Shown: positions 1 to 15,140 of the stretch, piece after piece
Layout: each line of letters starts with the position of its first letter
How positions within the stretch are numbered: the first letter of the stretch is position 1
DNA from: Phoronis australis
Lineage: Eukaryota; Animalia; Phoronida
DNA: 64,000 nucleotides
Assembly (NCBI GenBank): GCA_002633005.1
Contig: NMRA01000973.1
Span: 1 to 64,000, forward strand
Direction: 5' to 3'
Position numbers and translations under genes: made by a program
The notes under the pieces: model-generated
Database searches by the model: none
What the model was told of the DNA's origin: nothing
The model's input: the letters and a program-made list of their open reading frames with translations, nothing else

Positions 1-228
1 GGGGCTCGAATTTTTATCAAAGTGGACCTTTTGCTAACAGAAAAGCGGAAGGACTAAAAAAAAAACAAAAACGGGGTACCACATTCAGGTCTGTGAACTG
101 TGCGTATGCGCCTTTTTTGTCTCGTTTTCTCGGACTTTCTGTACCCGCTCTGAGGCGGACCTTTTTACCCACTTCGCCAAATGGGAAGCTCGTTCGAGCC
201 GTCCGAGCCTCCCCTGGGTGCGCGCATG

Positions 229-380
229 TTTGCTCGCAGCTTCATAGTTCGCATAAGCGGCAGCGATACACCGCACCATAGCGACACTCACTCTACTGGC
301 GTCGCTGCGTCGTTTCTCACCTTCCCCACAGGTTAACGCGACACCTCTCGGCGAGGTGAAGTGGATATACAGCGATTGTA
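229..380 (+). mobile_element. Right-end fragment of Kolobok-like family A (THAP start on - strand)
   Basis: Matches 18830-19010 and 62350-62460. Reads MVRCIAAAYANYEAA on the - strand. Interrupted on the left by a MITE ending ...gggtgcgcgcatg at ~228. Confidence 0.7.
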
Positions 381-3300
381 AACAATAGGCTTAAACATAT
401 CATGGTAAGCATACAACATATACCGCACTCGCCACCACATTTGGCGTCGTTTTACTTAATCGAAATCGTCATGAACGCTTTCCGGCTATAAAATTGACAG
501 TTGAGACACCCCAAAGCTCTGCACCATAGCTTACAATTGGTAGAATCATACCATCAAAATGCATTCAAGAACAAACGACTAATATCAAACGGTAGCACGA
601 CGCCCGTTTTACTTGGAGGAAACTAAAACTTACAATGAACATTATTTTTATAGATAAGTTAAAGTACACGTGTTAGCGCGTGTTCTTTTATCCTAGCATA
701 CAATTAAAACTGATACTTACGGTTTGCCGAGAAAGTATTATTGATGTTTGAAATTAGGTAGTTATTAAGGTTGAAGTACAAAAAAATTGTTGCAAAAAGT
801 AGCGCTGCAAAAATATACACGCCACAGGGTCAAGCCAAATGCAAGTTCAAACTGGAATAAATCAAGTTAGCGGCAGAAATCTTGAAGCAGCCAATGAATT
901 CCTCTCCATGTAAAATCAGGAACGCCGAGCTCGCGGTCACGGTTAAAATTACCAAACGCAGCTGAGCGCCACCTCCTCAAAAATGAACAAGAATCAAAAC
1001 AAATTTACAAAAGATGGATCTGCACGAGACAACAAAAGAACAAGCCTGAAACGAAGCAGAAGAAAAAACAAACCCAAATAGGCCAAATACATTCTAGGTA
1101 CGCACGAAAGAGGAATTCAATCATGTATTGAAACTCGCGTAAAGAAATATTACTGAAGTGACATAACCAGCTAGGCTATGGCTTTCATTCAAACACAATA
1201 ACATTTTAGGTGCAACCTGGGACTCGATCGTCTTCGTGACCTGAACAAAAGGCCGGGACTTAAATTCCATTTCAGTGATTTGCTACAGTCTCGCATTCTA
1301 TCAAAATACAAAAGTTGACTTTGATCAGATTTTTGCAGTCGATCAGTGTCTCAACTAATTCCTTACTCAATTTTTACTAGCTAGTGGACTTGAAATACCT
1401 CAGCGGTGATTGCATGCTGGAGGCTACGGGCCGGCGAACAGGTGGTTCGTTGTTGATTGACTGACGGAGGTCAGGATTATCAAGCAACAGTCAGACGACT
1501 TTGGATCATTTTAGAAAAAAAAAACATGTCTATGAGACTCATACTACTCCTTACGGAGATATGATTCGATTTCCCTTCAACTCAGGGTTACAGGCAATGC
1601 GTACAGATCGATAAGCCCTTTTCGCAAGGGTTCGCCAACTCAATTGTGGGATTTTCACTGAAACAGTACGTACACTTACCTTCAGTTGTTGTGCAATTAG
1701 AATGGTTTATTATACAACTCGTGGCTGCGGTTCCATGAAATATGATTCATATGCATAGGTCGTGTGCGTTGTGAAAAACATGCTGCTACAGTAGTTAGTC
1801 TGATGTTTTGATGTTCTTGTTGGTAACGATACAAACATAACACGGCCATGGCAGTGATATTACGAGAGTAAAATGCGTAATTCAATTTTCGTTTTTAGCT
1901 TGCTCTAAACATGGTGAAACCAGCTTTAAGGATCTGTCCCACTAACGCTTGCTCGAACTTAGCTCAGGGCTAAAAGTATCTATATATGGACTTAATGAGG
2001 AGGAACTTCTCGATGTTGACAACTAAGGGAGTACTCCGAACGATAAGTGAGGTCGTGTTTACTTAACCAGGAATTGCTCTATTATTGGTGCTGTTATGCC
2101 AGCACTGCCCCTTGTCACATGATTCACCCATTCCTTTTAAAGCTCGATCGTTCAGTGACTGGTCATGTGACAAAACAACAACATATATAATGACAACATC
2201 ATTGGGTACACTGCTATCAGCCGCTGTTACACACGTGAAGCAAGAACACCTCATACTCAGAAGAAAACAAAGTCTACAAGGTTGAAACTTTGAGTTTTTG
2301 CCTTGCACATATCTGGTAAGTTGTGTTCATTGTATCCCAGTTTGACCTAAAGATGAAACTGGAATTGTTTGGTCCACGTTGTTTTGCATTTATGTAGTTG
2401 GCTTTTCGCCAATACCTTTGTTCGTCACTGGTTAAAGCCGGATAAACTTGCAATCGATCACAGCCGGAATTAAACTGGCACAAGAGTTATCGATGTCAAT
2501 GTGACCCGGTCATAGGTCATCGCTACAAATCCGGATTGACAGAGTAATTGAAATTAATTGTTCGAGGTCAGAAAAAAAACAACCAGTTTTTATTTGCTAA
2601 TGCATGAACTATACTTTTCTTCAATGTGGTACTGTTCTAAAATACATGTGTAATATGTTTTCATGTAATTTTTTGTATTTCACCAAGACATAATGTTTTG
2701 GGGATTGCGATTTCGCTCAAATAATTATCGATTAACAAGATATTGGATAACTTTTTCTGGTAACTAACCGTATTAACACGGTGTGAAGGACACTTTTAAC
2801 ACACTGTATTTGGTGAATGCAAAATCAGTAAGGACGAATGAATTTCTTACTTCTAAGATAAACCTACTTTCAAACAGTTTCCGACTATCCGCCCATGGGC
2901 CTATGTTCGGATATTATCGATATAAAGGAAAAACTCGAGTATAGCGATGTTTCTAAACCCAGTTTTTTGTTTCACGAAACTACTTTATTGTTTTCCGCCC
3001 GTGCATACAGACGAGTATTCCAAATTTCCGTAAACAATTTTCCAAGTGCAGTCCTGTCATTTTTTCGTCGTTAACATTACCCAGGAGCTTAAATTAAGGA
3101 AGCCACAACGCATCACACCACATTTGTGGATGATTTCCAGTTTGGAAAATTAAATTAAACGAACGATGTAAAATTGGAATATTGATCCGTCGATCCCAAC
3201 AGCGTTGCCGTTAGGAAACTGTCAGATTACGCTACAAATTCCACTCGGTTGCAGTTATTTTTCCCTAAAATTCCAGTAGGAGATTAGATTCACAGCTTTG

Positions 3301-4570
3301 ACGATAGGTGACGCGACTTGTAGGAGTGTCACAGATACCTCAATAATGAATTTCTGTTGGTACGTCTTGATTCAACAAAGCTCTGGAATAACTATGCAAC
3401 CTTTCTGGTGTTATCTACGGCGAGGACTTTGTCGGCACAACACTTAAGCTTTTAGTGCTTTCCGGAGTTTCTTAGAGTCATTTTGACTACATGTGAGTCT
3501 CGTATTTCAACATACCTGTCCTCAATTGGTCGCTCTGATAGTCACACCCACACACTGCACCCTGCAGGCGTATTTGCTGGGGAATCTCATCCGAAAACCA
3601 GAAATATCCGAGAAATTTTTGCAAAATGGCGGGAAGGTCTATTGGAGTTGCTTTCCATAAGGGTAGAGTCTTGTTTAACTAAACATGTCATGTTTTCAAA
3701 TATGAAGTTCAAATATGAAGGAAAAATTCAGGCACAAATGCCGGCGCCACTAGAAATGTATTGTCATGAGTACCACCATTCCAGATTACCACTCCAAACC
3801 TTTAGTCCTTTATCATTTACGTGAATCACAAATTGCATTTTCAAACTAGATCTAATGTGTGTATACAACTTTAATGACTTCACGTGCTTTTTTCAGAAAC
3901 ACTATGAGCGCACGACAAATAATTCGCCAATTGGGCGGACTGAGTCGAGCACGAATCTCGCTAGTACAACCTGTTGAGCAGAACGTGAACCAGAAAGTTC
4001 TTCCGAGGATGGTCGATATGACGCAAAATGGAAAAAAGGTAGACCACTTTAATAGAAAATAGAAACTCATTGATAGTATAAAGCCAAATTCTAAGGGGTT
4101 AAGGAAGCTGTCCCTTCTACAAGGACCCTCTTCCGACAGGAGGCCTCGTTAAAGGGGCGTTCATGTTGTCTTAAAAGGAACAGCATCAATTGTTTTTATG
4201 TTACCTTTGCTACACAAGTCATATAGACACAGCACTTCATCGGTACTCTGGCCCTAAGGCCCTTTTCACACATTGCCCATTCAGACGGTTCGGTCATCCG
4301 CCATGTCCAAATGACGTTAAAAATCCATAGAACGCGGTGTGCAGAAGCGGCAATAAAATGGCATTTGACGGTGAAATTTAAAAAATGTTAGTACATCCCA
4401 GAAATCGCTTTCGCATTATATCCAGGTTCTCATTCACTCCGTTACGTACTTTCACTTGTAAGACTGAGCTCAGAAGAGTCTCACCGTTATGCAATAGTCG
4501 ATTGTCAGTTTACCCGTGTCTTCCAAACCAGAGTCTGGAGCGCAAGCCACAGAGCCACACTGTCTCCTTN

Positions 4571-7500
4571 TAGGCTTCCTTCAAATTCGTGTGACGTTTT
4601 ATGGGTAAAAATTGACCTACCCGATTATCTGTATCCTGTTTTAGTTGCAGTTGTGTATCAGTCTCCAAAAAGTTCAAGTAAAAATTTGGAAATAATGAAA
4701 ATACTTGAGCGGGAGGTGCAAGGTTATACTGCTGAAATGAGAGGGGATTGTCACCTTTTAATTATGGGCGATTTTAATGCTCGTACGCGTAACAGGCCAG
4801 ACTTTATTGCTGAGTATTATGTGTATGGATGAATCCAGTGCTATTTTTGATTGTGTTGGTTATGTAGAAGATCGCATGTGTTGTAGGACCTCACAGGATA
4901 ATGGTGAGGTAAATGAGTTTGGTACAGAATTATTAGATTTTTGTCAAAGAAATGAGACAAGAATTCTGAATGGAAGAGTAGGGAAAGATGCAGACATTGG
5001 TAGTGTAACACGTGTAACTTATAATGGATCTAGTGTTGTTGATTATGTCATGATGAGCAAGGATTTATTGTACTGTGTGGACGGTTTTGAAATCGGTGAA
5101 ATATGTGAATCGACTGCGCACTTTCCATTGATTTTTTGTATGTGTAAGACGCAGCAAAACAACTGGGCTCGAGATGAACAGAATCAAAATGTTTATAAAT
5201 GGAACGAGGGGTTGAGCCTAAGATATGCAGAAAACTGGTCGAGCCCGGAGGTGGATCAGTTGCTCGCTGACGTACAGAGTCATTTACCCTCGACCATAGA
5301 TTCAAGTGTAGAAAGTTTAATGGAAGCCATTAAATTATGTGCTGCAGACATGTTAAAACCAAAAGTGAACATATCTTATAACCCAGTCAGTTTTCCCAAA
5401 TGGTTTGACACTGAGTGTAGGGAAATGAGAGCTGTCGTTAGGCAAAAATTAAGTAATTTTAGATTCAGTATTGGAACACTGAGAGAAAACATTTGCCGAA
5501 CTATATATGTACAAGCTAGAAGGGATTATGGAAACTTAAAAAAGTGAAAAAGATAGAGTGTAACAGAAAACATTACAAAACTTTGAAATCAGCTGTGGAG
5601 AGTAAAGACAGTAAAAAATTCTGGCGTGCATTTAATATTAAGAAGAAAGGTGTATCGACGATTATTAAACCGGAGGAATGGATAAATTATTTCAGCTCTC
5701 TGTTCGAAGGCCACTATTTTGTTAATAATCCAGAGTTCACTGAGTTTCATGCTTTTATTGAGAACTCAGTAAAAAATGAAATCAATTCAAGTAATGCAGT
5801 TGTTGATATGGAGTTNACCGGAGGAATGGATAAATTATTTCAGCTCTCTGTTCGAAGGCCACTATTTTGTTACTAATCCAGAGTTCGCTGAGTATCATGC
5901 TTTTATTGAGAACTCAGTAAAAAATGAAATCAATTCAAGTAATGCAGTTATTGATATGGAGTTGGACGCTGAAATCACAAAAGACGAAATTATACAAACC
6001 ATCGGTAGTATGAAAGACGGAACTTCGCCAGGATGTGATAAAATTAGTATTGAGTTCTACAAGTATGCTGATAAAAAGTTGGTAGATTCGCTGTTCCAAC
6101 TATACAACAACTTTTTTAAAAATGGTGTGTTTCCAAAAGAATGAACAAGATCCATTATAGTACCGATATTTAAGGGCGGTACCAAAATTCCTGAAAATTT
6201 CAGGGGAATATCCCTCATGCAAGTTAAAGCCAAAATATTCGAAAAAATATTGTGCCAGCGACTTCAAAAATGGTCGGAAAGAGAAAATGTAATTAGTATG
6301 TCTCAAGCTGCGTTTAGGAAAGGGCACAGTACGGTGGATCACATGTTTGCTTTGTATACGTTAATAATTAAATATTTGACACGAGAGAAAGGTAGATTTT
6401 ATTGTGCTTTCGTGGATTTTAAGGCAGCCTNNNNNNNNNNNNNNNNNNNNNNNNNNNNNNNNNNNNNNNNNNNNNNNNNNNNNNNNNNNNNNNNNNNNNN
6501 NNNNNNNNNNNNNNNNNNNNNNNNNNNNNNNNNNNNNNNNNNNNNNNNNNNNNNNNNNNNNNNNNNNNNNNNNNNNNNNNNNNNNNNNNNNNNNNNNNNN
6601 NNNNNNNNNNNNNNNNNNNNNNNNNNNNNNNNNNNNNNNNNNNNNNNNNNNNNNNNNNNNNNNNNNNNNNNNNNNNNNNNNNNNNNNNNNNNNNNNNNNN
6701 NNNNNNNNNNNNNNNNNNNNNNNNNNNNNNNNNNNNNNNNNNNNNNNNNNNNNNNNNNNNNNNNNNNNNNNNNNNNNNNNNNNNNNNNNNNNNNNNNNNN
6801 NNNNNNNNNNNNNNNNNNNNNNNNNNNNNNNNNNNNNNNNNNNNNNNNNNNNNNNNNNNNNNNNNNNNNNNNNNNNNNNNNNNNNNNNNNNNNNNNNNNN
6901 NNNNNNNNNNNNNNNNNNNNNNNNNNNNNNNNNNNNNNNNNNNNNNNNNNNNNNNNNNNNNNNNNNNNNNNNNNNNNNNNNNNNNNNNNNNNNNNNNNNN
7001 NNNNNNNNNNNNNNNNNNNNNNNNNNNNNNNNNNNNNNNNNNNNNNNNNNNNNNNNNNNNNNNNNNNNNNNNNNNNNNNNNNNNNNNNNNNNNNNNNNNN
7101 NNNNNNNNNNNNNNNNNNNNNNNNNNNNNNNNNNNNNNNNNNNNNNNNNNNNNNNNNNNNNNNNNNNNNNNNNNNNNNNNNNNNNNNNNNNNNNNNNNNN
7201 NNNNNNNNNNNNNNNNNNNNNNNNNNNNNNNATTACGAATGTATTGAAATAGTCCACACAAAATTTTGTAAAGAAATTTTAAATTTGCCTAGCACGGCAA
7301 TTTCATCATGCTAGAGGTGAGATGGGTTGTTACTCCTTGATTGCTTACCGACTTCCTAGAATTATGAAATATTGGTTAAAACTATTAAGAACCGATGAGT
7401 CAAAAATTACATATCATTGCTACGAATGGCAGTACAATATGACGGAAAATGTTAATAAACCGTGCTGGGTTAATGATGTTAAGAAATTGCTATTTCAGTT

Positions 7501-8108
7501 TGGTTTTGGAGAAGCATGGTACAATCAGGGTGTAGGTTCCGAGACAAGCTTCATATCACTTTTTAAACAAAGATGCAAAGACATTGATCAGCAAAAATGG
7601 CAAGATATTTTGAACAATTCGATTAAGCTGGAAACTTACAGAACTTGTAAGTTAGATATATGTTTTGAAAACTATTTAGATGTAACTGACAATGTAAATG
7701 TTAGATCTGATATGGTAAGATTGAGATGTTCAGCGCATGCACTAATGATTGAAAAGACACTTGAAACTTAGCAGAACAGAAAGGTTATGCCCTCTCTGTG
7801 TTAGGACATATGTCCAGTCAGAATATCATTTTGTTATCAAATGCCCATTCTACGATGACCTAACTAAACGATATTTGCCTGCATGGAGCTACAACAACCC
7901 CAATGTTACAAAATTCAACAGACTCATGACTATGGAGGAAAAAGATCTTATATGGTCAACATGTAAATATGTTCATNTTCGGATTCAAGCGAAGAAGAAT
8001 TCGGTTTACTTCTAGTGTTTGACACTTACCTTTATTGTATTTGATGATTTGATTGTACCAAGGGCCGGAGGCCTAGTTATTGAATAAATATATATATATA
8101 TATATATT
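4571..8108 (+). mobile_element. Non-LTR retrotransposon (RTE-X-like LINE), ORF2 portion, degenerate and gapped
   Basis: APE motifs (MGDFNAR, SVVDY), RT N-terminal region (SQAAFRKGHSTVDH, CAFVDFKAA), C-terminal RCSAH..CPLC..EYHF..CP zinc knuckle, and a 3' end aataaa(ta)n. Frameshifts and stops present. Confidence 0.88.
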
Positions 8109-8282
8109 AGGCCATCAGTCAATACGGACCTGCCAATGCACGACTAAAACCAACAATAGATTGTGAAAGCAAATTTTCGACAGATTCCGAAAATGTGGTC
8201 CAAAAGTACTGTATATTTTGGGAGTGCAAATTGGCCGAAGCCGCAGCCTAACTTGTCAGTGCCTCCTACCTCGCAAAAAGGA

Positions 8283-9006
8283 CTATTCCCACTAATCGAT
8301 GCACCATCTGTGGGCTGGTAGATAAGGTACATGACGTCATCAACAGGCTCACAACTTTAGAGACACCAAACACGCATTTCAGCTAATTCAACCATTCCCA
8401 CTAATCGCTGTGTCTCCTGCAGGCACGGTCTGATAACACACCTGGCTCCAGCAACAGGCTCACAGCTTAAGAGACACAGAACATGTATTTCAAGTAATTC
8501 AACTATTCCCACTAATCGCTGCGTCACCTGCAGGTTGACAGATAACGTACATGACGCCAGGAAAAGGCTCACTAGGCTCAAAACTTGAGAGATACAGAAC
8601 AAGCATTTCAACTAAATAAACTATTCTCAGTGATCGATACGCCATCTGTGGGCTACTAGATAATATACACGACGTCATCAACAGGCTCACACATTCAGAG
8701 TTTCCTATCACGCATTTCAACTAATTCAACTATTCTCACTAATCGCTGCGCCACCTGCCTGCAGAAACATAGCGTACATGACGCCAGCGAAAGTCTCATA
8801 ACTTGGGTACAACTAAAATCAACCATCCAACTATTCCTACTAATCGCTGAGCCACCTTTGGACAGGTCGATAACATATATGACATCATCCTCAAGCTCAA
8901 AATTATAGAGACGCCAATCACGCATTTCAAACAATTCAACTATTCCCACTAATTGCTGCGCCACCTGCAGGGACAGTTTGATAACAAACATGATGTCAGC
9001 AACAGG
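8283..9006. repeat. Diverged ~110-bp tandem repeat, about 7 units
   Basis: actattcccactaatcg-like unit heads at ~8283, 8391, 8502, 8620, 8729, 8830 and 8939. Confidence 0.9.
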
Positions 9007-9148
9007 GTTGCATCAGAGGTGATGGAAGGATGAGTTGAGTTATGCTGGGAATAGTTTGTTACAGCTAAACATTCTGATGTACTGTACATGTATCATATTT
9101 GGAGGCCGGTTTACTAAGCGATTGATCACCATTGATGAAGGCTTCATG

Positions 9149-9570
9149 ATCCGACCACTGTATTTATTACCCTCTTGTTGTGAGTCTCTGTCCTACCGTG
9201 ACTTTGGTCTCTCTACGGTCTACCAGGTGTACTCCTGTTGTTTGATAGAATATATATCGATGGTCAATGAGAGGCTTAAATAAATTTACTTTGATGTTGC
9301 GTTAAAGCCGATGTAAAGAAATCTTGATCTTACTCTTGGATCCGTTTGTTGAACATGCATGTCATTTTGCATATCCTTGTCTTTGGCAGAATTTCGAGTT
9401 AATCATGGTGAAAACAGATTCGAATTATTTGCTAATGTATCTCAATAATTATTGTGCAAAACGGTACGAGTCACACTAAATTATAGGAAATGGAGTTAAT
9501 AATTTGTCAGAGTGACCACTACCCGCAGGGCTAATCTCCTTCCGTGTGTCTTGACAGGTGATCCACGTGC
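9149..9570 (+). promoter_or_regulatory. Probable 5' region or non-coding first exon of gene A (paralogous to 32155-32620)
   Basis: Aligns with the sequence just upstream of gene B. Candidate donor after ctaccag (GT at 9229, homologous GT at 32242). Both ATG exons are preceded by an acceptor, implying an upstream UTR exon. Confidence 0.45.
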
Positions 9571-12458
9571 AAAGGCCTGTAGTCAGCATTTCACGGGGGT
9601 GGTTTGAATTTCTAGAACGGTGGACATTCGATATTTTGAAAACGTCGACACTGTAGAACTCTCGGTAAGGCCCTTGACGCAGCTTAACTAAGAGGCTCTC
9701 AGATCAACATGTACGTTCCTGGGCTTAAACGAAATTTGTAACACCATAAATCAGGATGCTGTGACGGCTGCTCACAAAGAACGGAGCTCAAATTCGGATT
9801 ATACGTGCCCCAGATAATGTCACGCGTAACATCCTAGGCATTTGAAATTTGTCCTTTTTAGTACATATTGATGTGCCAAATTGTATACCTAGCAGGTTGT
9901 CTTTTATACTATTTGTTAAAGTTGCCAAAGTTTCATTCTAGTGCTCTTAACAATTCGAAAAACATTGGTTCAAAACAGTTTTAGGGGGTTACGCAATAGA
10001 ATGAAGGAGTGTGGTAAGATAAGAGGTACCACTCCGCAATCTCACAATTCGCCGAAATGGTTATCGGTCGAAAAATTAGCGCCCCAAGCGGCGAATAAGC
10101 AACACTAATACAGCAGCAGGAGTTCGAACCAAGTAAACACTGATAAATTCGTACTCTAATTACGTTTGACGTGCAGATAAATAAAATTACTATGTGACTA
10201 ATATTGTGTAAATTACGTACATTTATATTCACGAATGATCAAATGAGAATGAAAATGTGTGTTTTAGTCATTATTTAAGTGTATTAGACAAAAAAGTTTT
10301 TGCTTTCATTCTCTTGAAACTCCCTTGAAAATCAATGCCTTTGGTTCATGTTTGACATTTAATAAGGCAAATTACCGTTCCAAGTTAAATTTCATACCTC
10401 CATAGACTACATAGCTTTAGTGATTGCTCTTGGGGTTCAGTAGGCAGTTGCCCCCATGTGAAGGGAAGGGAGGGGGGTACACGGGAGTGCAAAACAGGTA
10501 AAACAAGGGGGTACATAGGAGGAGTTCTAAACAGGTAAAACCAGGTGGGTGCCAAGTGTGTGTTGACCACCTCCCACGGGAGTGCATGGGAAGAGTGCAA
10601 AACAGGTAAAACCCAAAGGATGTGCAACTTGGGTTTTGAGCCCTCCCATCGTCACACTTTTGGTTGCTAGATACCCCTGACAAGTGACAACATATGCTGA
10701 GGTGGTGATGAGATTTGGCTATCGTTGTGTGTATGTCCCCGTCCCAAGAACACTTTGTAATCACCCGTGTCCATGCCCCCGTGATTATGTCAGTACCATC
10801 CTGGGTATTTTCCAACTTTTCATAACATGGTGCTCCCAGCAGTTGCTAATCTGTAAAATAGCTAAGAACTTAAAAACGTATTAACATTGAATTTATCATC
10901 ACTCATAACTAACCAAAGCTGCAAAATGACCTGACAAAATATTTTAAGAGGTACTGAACAGCGATTAAAATATTGTCACACAACTTCATACAAAACTGAA
11001 CTAAAAAACTTTGATGAGAATACCAAAATTTAATTTCATATACCCACTGTAAATGTTTCAAGTAAGTTACAGCATGACCACGAGATCATATCTGTTACCC
11101 AGTCACAACTGGGGCTTACATTAATCACAATCTCCAAAAACTTCAAATTAGGCAACATATATACCATGACGACAAGAAAATCTGACCAACCTACTTACAT
11201 GTACTTCACTAGTAAACAACAGCTCTTTTCGACAGATTTATGTATAATAAATTAAGCTGAAAATTTATTTACTCATAGAGGTGTTTGTCATCGAGAAGCA
11301 ACCTGTTCCTTATCTCTGCAAATGTGGAACAAACTAACATGACCACTGAAAATGTAAGGCTGTTCTGAGATCAGTGCAGAGAACACAAGAGCAGAGAAAA
11401 TGTATTTCATCCTCTACGCATGAGACCGTATAAAACTCAATCGAACGCTCCTCAATAGGAGTAAAAATACCAAAACGTCCAGTTTACAACTCAGCGACAA
11501 GACCCTACATCTAAATTGAGAAAATAGTATTTTTTTTCTCTAGAAATGTTAATTTTCAAATAAAATTCTGTTTGATAGTTTTTTAAAAATGATTTAGCTT
11601 TGGTTTGATCAAAATTTCAGCCCTCCATTCACACTCTAAATGATCCATCAGTTTCACTTTGGCTCTCTCCAAATCACAGGCTCACTGTTCATAAAATGTT
11701 TCTATCTGATCAACTTTAGTAAAATTTTGAAAAATTTCCTGACCAAAAGTCCTTTCTACACGTGGTGTCCCAGTGAGACACTTGCTTTGTGAGACGATAA
11801 TTAAACAAGCAAATAATTCCAGAGCCGTAATATACACAATTTGCGGAGAACTTTTTCACATTTTCATTTTTGGTGAATTTGGGACTTCAACTATTGTTGG
11901 CATGGCATTGTATCTCATACCAGCTTGCTCTTCATACATGTACGAGCGTTAATGAACATGGACTCCACGAAGTGACGTGAGCATAACTCGCAGATCTTGG
12001 TCAAGTAGGACGCATCTCTATTCATGCAGTTTAAGTTCGGTTCCCAGCGCTTGCACCTAGAGTATCAGAAATCTGTGAGAGACTCTGGAACATTACTCAA
12101 ACTCACCAAGACTGGTAGCCTACACACTACACCACATTACAGTAGACCTGTCTTGGTGTCAACTAAAAAAATTAGGACTCAAATGTTGATCCAGGGATAT
12201 TTTTAGAGTCACTCCCTGCATCACTGGCGCATGGAATTAAGTTTCCATTGACACACTCGTGTTCCTTAAGTTGGGCCAACTGGGACATTAGAGTTATGTT
12301 GAGTTTTTCAGCGTGGTCCACAATTACAAAAATGAACTTAAGTTTTTCGCTTAAAACTTAAGTTTTTGGCGAAAAAAACAAAACATGGATTATTTGCCTG
12401 TGAAGCTAAGCGAGCAGATCCAGCTAAAGAAGATTAAGCGGCTTTTGGTCTAGCATAG

Positions 12459-12955
12459 GGCCCTTTCACATTGACTTAACTCTTGTCTGAGCGGAGCATT
12501 TGACGTATACTGCGAAGTTAACTGGACAGTTCATTCTGGCTTCGGTAGTTAATGAACTTCGAAGTAAACGGTAGGTGACGCTGTCGTGATCGAAGGTATC
12601 GCAAGGTAGCACTGCACGCTTAGATGTGACAATTTGGAAACATTTACATGTGTAAATTGACATAAAACTTATTTTTAAATTGATTGGTGATTATTAGAGC
12701 AAGGTATAAGCAACTATTAGCTATCACACTACTAGGCAATTGTTAATGATAACAGTGGCCCCTGGCAATAACTTCGATAGGACCGAAGTTGATCGTTTAT
12801 ACTGCGTGGCAGCGTTGACGCTAAGCGCTTAAATTCACCTGTTTAGTGCGAAGTTAACTTGCACTGTTAACTTCCTTCCAGGACCAAAGTCTAAGCGTTC
12901 ATACTGACATTAACTCCCAAAAACTTCGACGCGTCGATGTTAGTATGAAAGGCCC
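12459..12955. mobile_element. Harbinger-like MITE
   Basis: TIR GGCCCTTTCACATTGAC / GTTAGTATGAAAGGCCC, TAG/TAT flanks, internal inverted similarity. Confidence 0.6.
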
Positions 12956-15140
12956 TATAGATATGTGTATGAAGTTCAGTAGCTTTAAATTAAAGGAAAA
13001 AGAATATTTTTGTGGTCAAAGGTCTAAGTTTTCTAATTTCCATCTCGTATAACCAGGNAGAATGACAGTTCCGGTGTTTTCGTGGATGAATTTGTGCAAT
13101 TTATTAAGCTGCAAAAAGGGCTCTCCCTCATTGCTCACGCGCTTCGTATAGCTGTACTTGACTGTTGCTTATTTGCTTCTTGGCGGCGCTAGCCTGAGTA
13201 GTAGCTTTAAGAATGAACTCGCCATTGAACACTCCTATTGTAACACACTCCTTGGTACAATTTCTAAATGTTGGTGGCCGGTAAATCGCTCACTCTTTAT
13301 TCAATCATTCTGTATAACAAACCATTTGCACCATAAAAAACAAGATCAATTTAGCGGCTGGTGGTCTCGTGGACACGTACATGTAGATAAATACAAAGAT
13401 TACCTGCTAAATTTACTAGCGAAAAGTACGAACGTGGAACTTCTTTGGAGCACACGTGATCTACAAACCAATTGGTTGTAGCAATATCGGTCGTAAAACA
13501 CGAGTGAAGTCTCGTTCTTAATTACGCTCGTAATCACGGGTGAAGGATTGAGTTCGTAAAACACGAGCGAAGTCTTGGTCGTGATCACGAGCTTAATGAT
13601 GGGCGAATGATTCGGTAGAAAAATACGACCGAAATCTTGGTGGTGATTACGACACGGGCGGAGCAACATAGGGGATTTTTTTCAATGCCAAGCCGCACAT
13701 AGTCTATAGGCGGTGTACCACAGGGGGGGTGAGGGGGCTTTAGTCCCCCACTTTTTTCAGTGCTGCACCGCCCCTGTACGAGCGTATAAGCGCGACACTT
13801 TCACCCGAACGGCCCACGATAAGAAAGAGAGCGTACTCGCGTTACCTCTTGCCAAACTCTGAGATCAGGCAAGCTTGAATGAGTGATTACACCCCATTAC
13901 ATAATTGGACTGAAATATTTAGTCTAAGAATGACTTGACGTAGTTATTTATCTGATTGTACACATGTATTTGCGTGTTACTTAAGTTACTTACAACGATG
14001 GAAATGTTAAGGGCCCACTATATTCCGAAGGTTCATTAATCCGAAGGTTCACTATTGCGAAGGTTCACTATTCAAAGGTTCAGAACTCCAAAGGTTCACA
14101 ACTCCGAAAATATCTAAATTTCGGACTCAGGTGTAATTTTTTACTAATGCAGTTAAAAATAAACTACATGTACACTTCGGTTATGAGATGTCAGTAAGTG
14201 TTGTACCTATACTAATAACAACCCACAATTAAAGACTTAATTTGGATTCCATGCCAAACCACATGTCTTAAAATACGGCAAAATGAGTACGTACTTGCAT
14301 TTCTAAAAAAGAACGAAGTAGGAATATTGGTGTATTATCAACCAGGATATAATTTTCAAATCCATATCAAGGTCCCGTAAAGTTTAGGCCCGCTGCGCCT
14401 CAACCTCACCCTCCGATACTAAATGTACATGTATAGTTAGTGGGCTACCTTTCCAGTCTTCACACACGTGAACACGCATGCTTGTCAATCCACTGATCCA
14501 CAATCACAATCCCTTTCAATTCGAAATTTGAAAATGCCTGTACGTTATTGTCCTATGCTATCAAGTATACGAAAATAGCAGATAACAACCTATTGTTCTA
14601 GGGTTTCGTTTTTGGTCCTATATTTGCAATATAACTTAGCTAGCAGTAGACATTTACTTCTTGATTCCTTGTTACCCTGTGATGTAGCCATCACGTGCGA
14701 TCAATGCCGATGAATAACGTATAAACCCTGTTCTAGTCGTCTGCACTATCCTGTCATCTAAGCAAAACACCACTCGGCTGAAGTTAGCCGGGTACGGCCC
14801 GATGATTACGTGAAGCACTTTGAATCTGAATCAAAATCAAAACTTTTAGTAGTGCTCTTAGCTGCATCAATTTTCTTGTAGTTTTTGTCCATCTATATCC
14901 TAGCTTTAATGGATAGATTGGGGCTGGACCGAAGCCTCCGAACTACCTGGCTACAGGCATGTATCGGTCCTGTGCGCATTGCCACCGCGCGGAAAAGTTT
15001 CCTAAAGTACTCCATTCGTGCTGCGAACTTTTTAATCTCCCTGTACGCTGGCAAGGGTATAACTGTACTTCGTATAAAAGACCTAGTTTGCATACAGCAT
15101 ATGACTGGAGAAATTCGCCTTCAGTCACTGTGGCTGTATA

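Noticed and set aside
2150-2321. Possible exon ending in a gtaagt donor
   Set aside because: No phase-consistent recognisable reading frame or partner exons were found.
6217-7314. Long ORFs in the track (also 43841-44390)
   Set aside because: They are artefacts of N runs; only the LINE-derived flanks are real.
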